From Clostridia bacterium (lineage in GTDB: Bacteria; Bacillota; Clostridia; TANB77; CAG-508), in contig JAFWNC010000007.1 of NCBI GenBank assembly GCA_017510525.1, forward strand, positions 25,858-89,857: 64,000 bases of DNA. Reading direction: 5' to 3'. The notes beneath the pieces are model-generated. The model was given only the letters and a program-made list of their open reading frames with translations, was not told where the DNA came from and ran no database searches. This document shows positions 1 through 8,937 of the stretch, piece by piece (position 1 is the stretch's first letter; the number at the start of each line of letters is the position of its first letter). The translations under genes were made by a program, and so were the position numbers.

Positions 1-1605
1 TTTTTAGATAATGTTAAAAGAGATATTTTGAATAATATAACAGCTTTTACTCAAGATGAATCTCAAGAACAAAAACAAAATGGACAGCCGAATCCTCAAA
101 TGCAAAGACAGCCTGAACCATGGCTAAATTATAGGGTTAATTTATTTGTTGATAACAGTCATTTAGAGGGTGCTCCTGTTATAATGGATTCAAATTATAG
201 CTATCTAAATATTTTTGGTAGATTAGAATATGAAAACCAATTTGGTATGTTTAAAACTGATTACACAATGCTTAAACCAGGTTTATTACAAAAGGCAAAT
301 GGCGGTTATATTATTTTCCAAGCTAAAGATTTGCTTACAAATCCAATGTGTTATGAAGCTTTGAAAAAGGTTATGAAAGTTAAAGAGATAAGTATTGAAA
401 ATGCCGCTGAACAGCGTTCTTCAATGATTTTGGTTTCTTTAAAACCTGAGCCTATTCCATTAGATTTAAAAGTTATTTTAATTGGAAATTCAGATATTTA
501 TCATACTTTATTATCATTAGATGATGATTTTAGAAAATTATTTAAGATTAAAGTTGAATTTGAAGAAGATGCACCTCGTTCTCAAGAGAATATTCAAAAG
601 TTAGCTAAGTTTGTAAAAAGCTTTTGCAGTCAAGAAGAACTTTTGGATTTAGATAAAGAGGCAATGGCTAAAGTTGTTGAATTTGCTTCAAAATTGGCTG
701 GAGATAAAGAAAAGCTATCTACTCAGTTTAGTGAAATTGGTGAAATAATTGGAGAGGCTTCAACATGGGCTAGAATTGATAAATCTAAGTTGATAACAAA
801 GGAATATGTTCAAAAAGCTTTAGATGAAAGAATTGAAAGAATAAAGAAATATGATACTAAATATATTCAAATGATAAAAGAAGGTTCTTTACTTATTAAT
901 ACTTCTGGATATAGAACAGGTCAAATCAATGGATTAACTGTTATTACAATTGGAGACTATTCTTTTGGAAAGCCATCTAAAATTACTGCCAACACTTATA
1001 TGGGACAAGAGGGAATTATAAATGTTGAGCGTGAAGTTGAGATGTCTGGTTCTACTCACTCAAAGGGCGTTATGATTTTAACTGGATATTTGGGTGAGCT
1101 ATTTGCTCAAGAGATGCCATTATCTTTAACAGCTAGTGTTTGTTTTGAACAGTTATATGGTGGCGTTGATGGAGATAGTGCATCAAGTACAGAAGTTTAT
1201 GCGATTTTATCTAGTTTGTCTGAAATTCCTATTAGTCAGTCAATTGCTGTTACTGGTTCAATAAACCAAAAAGGTGAGATACAGCCTATTGGTGGTGTTA
1301 ATGAAAAGATAGAAGGATTTTATCAGATCTGTAAGATGAGAGGATTAACTGGTGAACATGGTGTAATTATACCAGTTCAAAATGTAAGAAATCTTCATTT
1401 AAATGATGATGTTATTAAATCTGTAAAGGATGGATTGTTTCATATTTATGCTATTAGTAGTGTTGAGGAAGGAATTGAGATTTTAACTGGTGTTCCTGCT
1501 GGTAAGAGAGATAAATATGGAAATTTCCCTGCTGGAACAATTAATTATTTGGCTTATGAGAAATTAAAGAAATATGCAAAAAATGCAGAGAAGAATAAGA
1601 ATTAA
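1..1605 (+). CDS. Lon-like ATP-dependent protease (LonB/COG1067 type), 5' end cut by window edge
   Basis: Frame 1 is open from base 1; the track start at 28 is only the first TTG. C-terminal Lon S16 proteolytic domain with GDSAS serine motif and a downstream QKGEIQPIGGVNEKIEGF region. Confidence 0.8.
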   Translation, partial: FLDNVKRDILNNITAFTQDESQEQKQNGQPNPQMQRQPEPWLNYRVNLFVDNSHLEGAPVIMDSNYSYLNIFGRLEYENQFGMFKTDYTMLKPGLLQKANGGYIIFQAKDLLTNPMCYEALKKVMKVKEISIENAAEQRSSMILVSLKPEPIPLDLKVILIGNSDIYHTLLSLDDDFRKLFKIKVEFEEDAPRSQENIQKLAKFVKSFCSQEELLDLDKEAMAKVVEFASKLAGDKEKLSTQFSEIGEIIGEASTWARIDKSKLITKEYVQKALDERIERIKKYDTKYIQMIKEGSLLINTSGYRTGQINGLTVITIGDYSFGKPSKITANTYMGQEGIINVEREVEMSGSTHSKGVMILTGYLGELFAQEMPLSLTASVCFEQLYGGVDGDSASSTEVYAILSSLSEIPISQSIAVTGSINQKGEIQPIGGVNEKIEGFYQICKMRGLTGEHGVIIPVQNVRNLHLNDDVIKSVKDGLFHIYAISSVEEGIEILTGVPAGKRDKYGNFPAGTINYLAYEKLKKYAKNAEKNKN

Positions 1606-1616
1606 GGAGATAATAA

Positions 1617-2867
1617 ATGGGAGAAAAAAAGACAATCGATATAAGCTTAAAAATTATATATATTATTGTTCTACTCCTTTTAGCTTTAATTTTTAGTATT
1701 ATATATTTAATATTTAATAATTCAAATAATGTTAAAAAAACTAATACTAATTCAGGTGAAAAATACGTAAGTAACAATAATTATAGTAATACTAATAATA
1801 ATCAACCAGTAGAAGATAATGAAATAAATGAGTTAGAAAATTGGAAAACAAGTTATAATGGAGAGGAATATTATATTATTAATCATGATTATTCAGGTGA
1901 ATATGACTTGGGAATCATTGAAGTTAATAATGAAATAAATAATGATTTTGATAAAAAAGAAGTTATGTCATATGAGCAATATGAAGAATATTGTAATAAG
2001 TATGGTTTAAATAAAAAATATAAGGATAAAGCTAAAAATTATATTGTGTTTTCATATAGATTTGATTATGTTGGAGAAATATCGGCTAGATTGGGAGGAG
2101 TTGAATTCCCTAGAGTAGATACTGTTAATTTATATATTTGGGATCAACATAAAATGCTAACAGATAAAAAAAGACGAGCTTATTATATAATTATTCCAAC
2201 AGATAAAAATGTTGGGAAAGTCAATGTTTTTCCTGCTTATACAAAAGAACAATATACAGCATTAACACGAAGAGTAGTTGATTATGAGGATGATATTGAT
2301 ATAGCTGTTCCGACACTAAAACCAATAATATATTTTTATCCTGAAAAAGAAACAAAAATAAATGTAAAATTAGGGTATCCAAATAAAATAATGGTATCAT
2401 ATCCTAACTATAAATCAGAAGGTTGGGATGTAATCGCATATCCAAATGGAAATCTAAAATATATTGAGAATGGAAGAAATTTGTATTCATTATATTATGA
2501 AAGCGATTCAGTATACGATTTTAAGGTTGAAAAAGATGGATTTATAGTAAAAAGAGATGAAATAGAAAAATTCTTAGAAGAAAAATTAGAAATTTTAGGA
2601 TTAAATGAAAAAGAGTCAGAAGAATTTATTATATACTGGCTTCCAAAGTTACAAGAGCATGAATATAATTATATTAGATTTGCTACAATGGATGAAATTA
2701 ATAAAAACATGCCAATAGATTTTTCTGTAACACCAGATACGTTAATAAGAGTTCTTATGACCTATAAAGGATTAGATACTCCTATTGAGGTTAAAGAACA
2801 AAAATTGAATAAGGTATATAGAAAGGGATTTGTAATTGTAGAATGGGGTGGAACTGAGATAAGATAA
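1617..2867 (+). CDS. hypothetical protein with N-terminal membrane anchor
   Basis: 416-aa ORF starting 12 nt after the Lon-like gene, with RBS aaggag upstream. One N-terminal TM helix and an Asn-rich linker. No family recognised. Confidence 0.6.
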   Translation: MGEKKTIDISLKIIYIIVLLLLALIFSIIYLIFNNSNNVKKTNTNSGEKYVSNNNYSNTNNNQPVEDNEINELENWKTSYNGEEYYIINHDYSGEYDLGIIEVNNEINNDFDKKEVMSYEQYEEYCNKYGLNKKYKDKAKNYIVFSYRFDYVGEISARLGGVEFPRVDTVNLYIWDQHKMLTDKKRRAYYIIIPTDKNVGKVNVFPAYTKEQYTALTRRVVDYEDDIDIAVPTLKPIIYFYPEKETKINVKLGYPNKIMVSYPNYKSEGWDVIAYPNGNLKYIENGRNLYSLYYESDSVYDFKVEKDGFIVKRDEIEKFLEEKLEILGLNEKESEEFIIYWLPKLQEHEYNYIRFATMDEINKNMPIDFSVTPDTLIRVLMTYKGLDTPIEVKEQKLNKVYRKGFVIVEWGGTEIR

Positions 2868-2913
2868 TATGTGCAGATTTTTCTGTCCCCATTGCACATA
2901 ATTAAAAATATTA

Positions 2914-2934
2914 GGGTAAGGCTTGTTCTTACCC
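2914..2934 (+). repeat. degenerate REP-like hairpin (TTAGGGTAAGGCTTGTTCTTACCC)
   Basis: Stem GGGTAAG/CTTACCC with loop GCTTGT. Resembles the GTAGGGG-hairpin family seen elsewhere in the window. Followed by TTTT, so it may also terminate the upstream operon. Confidence 0.4.
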
Positions 2935-2978
2935 TTTTGTTGTTGTATAATAATAAGAATAATAAATAAAATAGGGAG

Positions 2979-5495
2979 ATGTTTATGGATTTTTTTAATG
3001 AGATTTATCTTGATAAGGAAAAAGATATTGTTGTTAAATTGTTTAAATCTGGTGAAGATGAAATGGCTTATATTGTTGAGACTCCTAATCATAATTCCGG
3101 AAATTTAATTTCTAATTTGGCTAAGGTTTGTGGCGCTTCAACTGTTAAAGATGAAAATGATATGAAGATTATTAAAGGAGTTATTCCGGCAAGTTTAAAT
3201 GGCGATAATGAAGAGGTATATATTTTAAGACTTGGTGGAATTAAGATTGCTAATATTTATAATGATGGAAGAATTGAGAACAAGGCTACTATTTCATCTC
3301 TTATGAAGACTTTTATGTCTCAAACAAAGGATTATAAATTTGGTGTTGATAAAACAATTATTAAATCTTATTTACTTAAAAAGGAAAAATTTAAAACAGA
3401 TTTACATACTCATATGAATGCTATTTTGTCTACTGACTGTTTAGTTGCGCTTGGAATCAGTCATCAAATTAAATATCCGTTATATTATATAAAGAAGTTA
3501 GATTTGAAATTATCAGAATCTCAGGAAAAAGAAATTTATAAGCAAAGAAAAAAAGTTGAAAAAGAGTTCAAAAATTCTTCTTTAATGGGCAAATACTTAA
3601 CTCGAAAAATAGATGATAATACTTTTATTAATTTTGCGGATTTAATTTTAAACAATTTGGATAATTGTAAGGAAAACATTAAAAAAATAAGAAAGAGTTT
3701 GGCGATAATAAAAGATGGTCAGGCTGTTTTTTCTAACCTAGAAAAAGCATATATTTATAGATATGTTTTTTCTAAGGGAGTTGAGAGTGATAAAACTGAG
3801 AGAATTGAATTAGAAAAAGATAAAATTGATAAAATCCCTCAAAAAGATATAAAAAACATTGTTTTTAAAATGTTGGATGATAAGAAAAGAGGAAGTATTT
3901 ATAGAAAAAATACTTTAAGACAAAATAAGTTGTTATGGGTAGCTAGGGAGTATCAAAAACAGGGTATTTATTATGTTGAAATTTCTGAAACAACTTTGGC
4001 TAAAAAGGGTCTTCCTGCAATTGAATTCCTTGAAGAGGTTCATGAGATAATGCCTAAAATAGAGGAAGAAACTGGAGTTAGAATTAGATTTTTAGTTGGA
4101 TTTAGAAGAGTTCCTCTTTTTATAGTTAATGACAATACTCAAGGAAGTGGATATTTAAGAGAGGCTTTGAGTGTTTTAAAAACAATTAGTAAAGATCCTT
4201 ATGTTGTTGGTAGTGATTTTATTGGTGAGGAAATAAATGATATTCGTGAATTAAAGCCTGTTATAGAAGAAATTGTTCAATATGTTGAAAATGAAGATAA
4301 TGGCTATACTATTAAGATGCATGCTGGTGAAAATGATGGAATAAAAGATAATGTTTATTATTCTATTAAGTGCGTTAAAGACTCGCTTAAAAAATCTAAG
4401 ACTATGCCTAAAATTCGTATTGGACATGGTTTATATACTCCTGAGCTTTCTTCAAAAGCTGGGCAAGATCTTATAAAATTAATCAAAGATTCTAATGCTA
4501 TTTTAGAGTTTCAAATTACTTCAAATGTTAAATTAAATAATTTAAGTAGACTTGATAAACATCCTTTAAAAAAATATTTGTCTGAAGGAATAAGATGTGT
4601 TCAAGGAACAGATGGATGCGGAATGTATGGAACTGATGCTATTGAAGAACAATTGGCATTAAAAAATATTTTAGGATTAACTAGTGAAGAATTTGAAAAA
4701 ATGAGAAATGTTGAAAATGAGGTTATAGAAAACAGTAGAGCTTATTTTAAGGAAAAATCTAAGAAATTTGAGAAGTTTTTAAATGGAAGAAGTTTGAGAG
4801 ATGGGTTACTTGAAGAGGAATATAAAGTAATTGATGAGGATTTAAAGAGGAATGTTAAGCTTAGATTAACTGAAAAAATTCCTGTTGAAAATGAGCTTGG
4901 AGATATGATTAAAGAATTACCTACTGATAAGATTCCGATTATTGTTGCTGGTGGTAGTTTTAATGGACAACATAACCAAACTATTGCTTATGAAGAAGAA
5001 ATCAGTATTTTGAGAAATTTAATTTTAAATATTGATGAGAAGAAGGCGTTTTTTGTTATTGGACATAAAATTGAGGGGTATGAAAAAGAGGTTCTTGATT
5101 TGTGTAAGAAGTTTAATAATAAGATTGAGGTATATTCTATTATTCCTAATATGGTTGAGAAGGATGTTTTAGAGAGATTAAAACAAAGTAGTCTTGTTGG
5201 GATAAGGCCTGCTATTGATAGTGATGATTTTGGAATTTATAAGAGTTTTAATTATGAAGTTTTTGAAAGAAGGGATTCAATAGTTATTGCTTTAGATGGT
5301 AATTCTCCTGTTTATAATTTGATTCAAGAAGCTAAGAATGGTAAGGGAAAGGCTAGAATTTATATTAATAATAAGAATAGGAATTTACGTAATAAGGCTA
5401 ATACTTTAGAGGGATATGTTACTGTTTTTGAGATTGAAGATGAGGTTTGGAGGGTGATTCTAAAAGATAAGCCCGAGATTGCTAAGAAAGAATAG
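2979..5495 (+). CDS. adenosine/AMP-deaminase-fold protein fused to a C-terminal Rossmann-like SLOG/LOG-type domain
   Basis: 838-aa ORF. Metal-dependent deaminase motifs appear in the canonical order: DLHTHMNA (HxH), MHAGEND (HAGE), RIGHGLY, ITSNVKLN, QGTDGCGMYG. The C-terminal ~200 aa (IPIIVAGGSF...FFVIGHK...VIALDGNSPVYNLIQEA) looks like a LOG/DprA (SLOG) nucleotide-binding fold. Confidence 0.7.
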   Translation: MFMDFFNEIYLDKEKDIVVKLFKSGEDEMAYIVETPNHNSGNLISNLAKVCGASTVKDENDMKIIKGVIPASLNGDNEEVYILRLGGIKIANIYNDGRIENKATISSLMKTFMSQTKDYKFGVDKTIIKSYLLKKEKFKTDLHTHMNAILSTDCLVALGISHQIKYPLYYIKKLDLKLSESQEKEIYKQRKKVEKEFKNSSLMGKYLTRKIDDNTFINFADLILNNLDNCKENIKKIRKSLAIIKDGQAVFSNLEKAYIYRYVFSKGVESDKTERIELEKDKIDKIPQKDIKNIVFKMLDDKKRGSIYRKNTLRQNKLLWVAREYQKQGIYYVEISETTLAKKGLPAIEFLEEVHEIMPKIEEETGVRIRFLVGFRRVPLFIVNDNTQGSGYLREALSVLKTISKDPYVVGSDFIGEEINDIRELKPVIEEIVQYVENEDNGYTIKMHAGENDGIKDNVYYSIKCVKDSLKKSKTMPKIRIGHGLYTPELSSKAGQDLIKLIKDSNAILEFQITSNVKLNNLSRLDKHPLKKYLSEGIRCVQGTDGCGMYGTDAIEEQLALKNILGLTSEEFEKMRNVENEVIENSRAYFKEKSKKFEKFLNGRSLRDGLLEEEYKVIDEDLKRNVKLRLTEKIPVENELGDMIKELPTDKIPIIVAGGSFNGQHNQTIAYEEEISILRNLILNIDEKKAFFVIGHKIEGYEKEVLDLCKKFNNKIEVYSIIPNMVEKDVLERLKQSSLVGIRPAIDSDDFGIYKSFNYEVFERRDSIVIALDGNSPVYNLIQEAKNGKGKARIYINNKNRNLRNKANTLEGYVTVFEIEDEVWRVILKDKPEIAKKE

Positions 5496-5504
5496 TAGTA
5501 TATG

Positions 5505-5699
5505 ATGATTACTTAAAAAGTCTTTTTGTTCTTTGTTGCCCTCGACTGGGTAGATTCTATTTTTTTGCTTCAGCTTCCCCAATGGAGGCTGTAACTCACT
5601 ATCGTTCGAACAGCCCTCATCGGTCCCCACAACGCTTCGCTGTAAAAATAGAACTACCCGCACGGGCTTTAGGTTCTTATTTACTTTTTAAGTAATCAT
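5505..5699 (+). other. 195-nt GC-enriched imperfect palindromic element, candidate structured RNA
   Basis: Outer inverted repeat ATGATTACTTAAAAAGT (5505-5521) pairs with ACTTTTTAAGTAATCAT (5683-5699). Inner arms pair with bulges, e.g. GGGTAGATTCTATTTTT with AAAAATAGAACTACCC. Internal hairpin CAGCTTCC-CCAAT-GGAGGCTG. The mismatches are G-T type on the + strand. Confidence 0.35.
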
Positions 5700-5709
5700 T
5701 AGTGTTCTC

Positions 5710-5738
5710 TTGACATTATTGGGGGTTAATGGTAATTT
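5710..5738 (+). promoter_or_regulatory. sigma-A-like promoter candidate (TTGACA-17-TAATTT)
   Basis: TTGACA at 5710-5715, 17-nt spacer, TAATTT at 5733-5738. Lies upstream of the small ORF and the transketolase genes. Confidence 0.4.
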
Positions 5739-5770
5739 ATTTATGGGGCTATACCTTTTAGGAGGTATAT

Positions 5771-6007
5771 ATGAATAATGACGAAATTTTGAAAAGAATT
5801 TTTGAAAAGGTTTCTAATATTGAGGATTATTTGGAGGAAATTAATCAAAATATTGGAATTTTATTAGAAGAAAATGAGGATAATAAATTAGAACATTTAA
5901 TGTTAATGACAAGATTTGAAAATTTGGCAGATTTTATAAAAGACAAATATAATGTTGTACTTGAAGAAAATGAAGAATACCTAACGAAAGATTGTAGGGG
6001 CGACTAG
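5771..6007 (+). CDS. small acidic hypothetical protein
   Basis: 78-aa ORF with RBS aggagg 6 nt upstream. No family recognised. Confidence 0.5.
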   Translation: MNNDEILKRIFEKVSNIEDYLEEINQNIGILLEENEDNKLEHLMLMTRFENLADFIKDKYNVVLEENEEYLTKDCRGD

Positions 6008-6023
6008 AAAAAAGGAGGTTTTT

Positions 6024-6851
6024 ATGAGGGTTAGTGATGATGATATTAGAGATTTAGAGAGGGTTGCGGTTGAGGTCCGTAAAAGTGTTGTTGAAGAGGT
6101 TTATTTAGCTAAATCTGGTCATCCTGGTGGTGCTCTTTCTTGTGTTGATATTTTGGTTTCTTTATATTTTAATCAGATGAATATTAATCCCGAAAAACCT
6201 GATGATGAGAATAGAGATAGATTTATTCTGTCTAAAGGCCATGCGTGTGCTGCTTTATATGCTGTTTTGGCTCATAGAGGTTATTTTGATAAAGAGTTGT
6301 TGAAGGGTTTTAGAAAGCTAGGTAGTCCTCTTCAGGGACATCCAGATAAAAATAAGCTACCTGGAATTGATATGAGTTCTGGTTCTTTAGGACAAGGCTT
6401 ATCAATTGCAAATGGAATGGCATTATCTTCAAAGCTTGATAGTAAAGGTTTTAGAGTTTATTGTTTAGTAGGTGATGGCGAGATTCAGGAAGGACAGTTT
6501 TGGGAAGCGGCTATGAGTTCAAGTCATTATAAGTTAGATAATTTATGTTTGATTGTTGATAAAAACAATTTACAGATTGATGGGAGAACTAAGGATGTTA
6601 TGAATGTTGATCCTCTTAACAAAAAGCTTGAAAGCTTTGGTTTTGAAGTTTTTGAGGTCGATGGAAATAACATTGATGAAGTTATTAGTGTTCTTCAAAA
6701 GGTTAAAACAATTAAGGGAAAGCCATGTGCAATTATTGCTAATACAGTAAAAGGTAAAGGTGTTTCTTATATGGAAAATAAGGAAGAATGGCATGGGAAG
6801 GCTCCAAATGAAGAGGAGTTTAATAAAGCAATTGAAGAATTAAAATTTTAA
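6024..6851 (+). CDS. tkt: transketolase, N-terminal (thiamine-diphosphate-binding) subunit
   Basis: GHPGGALS and GDGEIQEG TPP-binding motifs. Size (275 aa) is typical of split clostridial transketolase. Confidence 0.9.
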   Translation: MRVSDDDIRDLERVAVEVRKSVVEEVYLAKSGHPGGALSCVDILVSLYFNQMNINPEKPDDENRDRFILSKGHACAALYAVLAHRGYFDKELLKGFRKLGSPLQGHPDKNKLPGIDMSSGSLGQGLSIANGMALSSKLDSKGFRVYCLVGDGEIQEGQFWEAAMSSSHYKLDNLCLIVDKNNLQIDGRTKDVMNVDPLNKKLESFGFEVFEVDGNNIDEVISVLQKVKTIKGKPCAIIANTVKGKGVSYMENKEEWHGKAPNEEEFNKAIEELKF

Positions 6852-6852
6852 A

Positions 6853-6959
6853 ATTAAGCACAATATAGTAATTTTTCAGCTTAGGCTGCGGACGCTCTGC
6901 TATTTTTGACTATGTCAAAAACACCTTGCCACGCTTCAAAATTCTATATTGTGCTTAAT
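6853..6959 (+). repeat. ~107-nt structured intergenic repeat, copy 1 (between the two transketolase subunit genes)
   Basis: Core ATATAGTAATTTTTCAGCTTAGGCTGCGGACGCTCTGCTATTTTTGACTATGTCAAAAACACCTTGCCACGCTTCAAAATTCTATAT. Flanked by a copy-specific inverted repeat ATTAAGCACA/TGTGCTTAAT. Confidence 0.8.
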
Positions 6960-6985
6960 AATAATATTAAATAGGAGAGAAGAGT

Positions 6986-7918
6986 ATGGATATTGATAAT
7001 AAAAAAGCCACAAGACAAAGCTATGGTGAGGCTTTAGTAGAACTTGGAAAAAAGAACAATAATATTGTTGTTTTAGATGCTGATTTATCTACTGCAACTA
7101 AAAGCAATATGTTTAAAAAAGAATTTCCTGAAAGATTTTTTGATATGGGAATTTCTGAACAAGATATGATGGGGACTGCTGCTGGAATGGCAAGCTGTGG
7201 TAAAATTCCTTTTGCTAGTACATTTGCTGTTTTTGCTGCAGGAAGAAGCTATGATCAAATTAGAAATTCAATTTGCTACCCTAAGTTAAATGTAAAGATA
7301 TGTGGTAGCCATAGCGGAGTTACTGTAGGTGAAGATGGAGCAACTCATCAAATGCTTGAAGATATTAGTATTATGAAAGCTCTTCCTAATATGACAGTAT
7401 TTTCTGTTTCTGATGATATTGAAACTAAATGGGCTGTTTCTGAAGCTGCTAAGATTAATGGACCTGTTTATATAAGAACTTGTAGGGCTAAAACTCCAGT
7501 TATTTATAATGAAAATCAAGAGTTTGAACTTGGAAAGGCTGTTAAGATTGGTGATGGAACAGATGCAACAATTTTTGCAACAGGTGTTACTGTTTCTGAA
7601 GCTGTTTTGGCTAAAGAAGAATTAGAGAAACAAGGAATTAATGTTAGAGTTGTAGATATTCATACTATTAAGCCTATTGATAGTGAAATGATTGTAAAAT
7701 GCGCGAAAGAGACTAAGAAATTGATTTCTATTGAAGATCATAATGTTATTGGTGGATTAGGTAGTTCAATTGCTGATGTTTTAGCTGAAGAGTATCCACA
7801 AAAGCTTATAAAAATGGGGATAAATGATAGGTTTGGTGAGTCTGGAACTAGTGGAGAGCTTATGGAAAAATTTAATCTATTAAGTGTTGATATTATTAAT
7901 GTTGTAAAATCTAATTAA
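6986..7918 (+). CDS. tkt: transketolase, C-terminal (pyrimidine-binding) subunit
   Basis: 310 aa. GISEQDMMGTAAG and EDGATHQ motifs. Confidence 0.9.
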   Translation: MDIDNKKATRQSYGEALVELGKKNNNIVVLDADLSTATKSNMFKKEFPERFFDMGISEQDMMGTAAGMASCGKIPFASTFAVFAAGRSYDQIRNSICYPKLNVKICGSHSGVTVGEDGATHQMLEDISIMKALPNMTVFSVSDDIETKWAVSEAAKINGPVYIRTCRAKTPVIYNENQEFELGKAVKIGDGTDATIFATGVTVSEAVLAKEELEKQGINVRVVDIHTIKPIDSEMIVKCAKETKKLISIEDHNVIGGLGSSIADVLAEEYPQKLIKMGINDRFGESGTSGELMEKFNLLSVDIINVVKSN

Positions 7919-7920
7919 TA

Positions 7921-8031
7921 TATAGAATTGAAATATAGTAATTTTTCAGCTTAGGCTGCGGACGCTCTGCTATTTTTGACTACGTCAAAAACACCTTGCC
8001 ACGCTTCAAAATTATATATTTCAATTCTATA
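7921..8031 (+). repeat. ~107-nt structured intergenic repeat, copy 2
   Basis: Same core as 6853-6959 (central loop TAC instead of TAT). Outer inverted repeat differs: TATAGAATTGAA/TTCAATTCTATA. Confidence 0.8.
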
Positions 8032-8063
8032 ATATTAAGCAAAATTAAAAGTGAGAAATTATC

Positions 8064-8097
8064 GAGGGGCATTATCAGCAATATGCCTCTTTTTTTT
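8064..8097 (+). terminator. rho-independent terminator of the transketolase operon
   Basis: GAGGGGCAT ... ATGCCTC stem followed by T8. Confidence 0.65.
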
Positions 8098-8253
8098 ACA
8101 AAAAAATATTTTTTTCAAATTTTTCTATTGCATTTATTTTTGTTTATTGGTATCATTTTAATGAATAGGTATTTTTGTTTTAAGGATATTTTAAGTTTTG
8201 ATGAATTAAAATATAATCAGACAAAAAATTTATGCTAGATTAAGGAGCTAATA

Positions 8254-8937
8254 ATGATTGAGTTTAAAAATGTAAGTAAAGTTTATGAAACTGGTACTGA
8301 GGCTGTTCATAAGGCTAACTTTAAAATTGATAAAGGTGAATTTGTTTTCTTAGTTGGAACTTCTGGTTCAGGAAAATCTACTCTTATTAAGCTTATTCTT
8401 AAAGAAGAAGAACCTACTAGAGGAAGTATTATTATTAATGGAAAAGATACTACTTTTTTAAAGCCTAAGAGAGTGCCTTTTTTACGTAGAAGTATGGGAG
8501 TTGTTTTCCAAGATTTCAGACTATTACCTGATAAAACTGTTTATGAAAATGTTGCTTTTGCTATGTATATTGTTAAGGCTACTCCTAGACATATTAGAAG
8601 ACAAGTTCCTATGGTTCTTTCTCTTGTTGGACTTAGTGCTAAAGCAAAAATGTATCCTAATGAATTGTCAGGTGGTGAGCAACAAAGAGTTGCTTTGGCT
8701 AGAGCTTTAGTTAATAATCCTTCTATGATTATTGCTGATGAGCCTACAGGAAACCTTGATCCAGAAACTGCTTGGGATATTATGAATTTGCTTAATGATA
8801 TTAATTTAAGAGGAACAACAGTTGTAGTTGCTACACATGCTAAAGATATAGTTGATACTATGAAAAAAAGAGTAATTCAAATTGATAAAGGTCATATCGT
8901 TAGAGACGATATGAAGGGTGGTTATGGTGAGATATAA
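8254..8937 (+). CDS. ftsE: cell-division ABC ATPase FtsE
   Basis: Walker A GTSGSGKST, signature LSGGEQQRV, Walker B IIADEPTG. Followed by ftsX. Confidence 0.9.
   Translation: MIEFKNVSKVYETGTEAVHKANFKIDKGEFVFLVGTSGSGKSTLIKLILKEEEPTRGSIIINGKDTTFLKPKRVPFLRRSMGVVFQDFRLLPDKTVYENVAFAMYIVKATPRHIRRQVPMVLSLVGLSAKAKMYPNELSGGEQQRVALARALVNNPSMIIADEPTGNLDPETAWDIMNLLNDINLRGTTVVVATHAKDIVDTMKKRVIQIDKGHIVRDDMKGGYGEI

Noticed and set aside
2979-5495. Calling the deaminase gene a RADAR (RdrB) or Cad1 system
   Set aside because: No RdrA-like AAA ATPase is adjacent, there is no CARF domain, and there are no CRISPR-Cas genes in the window. Only the effector logic is analogous.
5505-5699. Annotating the 195-nt element as 6S RNA
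   Set aside because: The size and long-hairpin shape fit, but I cannot verify the conserved central-bubble features by eye, and the element resembles other palindromic repeats here. It is kept as a candidate only.
7996-8238. 80-aa ORF between the transketolase and ftsE genes
   Set aside because: It spans the repeat copy, the operon terminator and an AT-rich promoter region. The sequence is low-complexity and has no RBS.
8918-8937. ftsE/ftsX 20-nt overlap as a possible frameshift site
   Set aside because: This is normal translational coupling. Both ORFs are complete with their own start and stop, and no CGG is involved.
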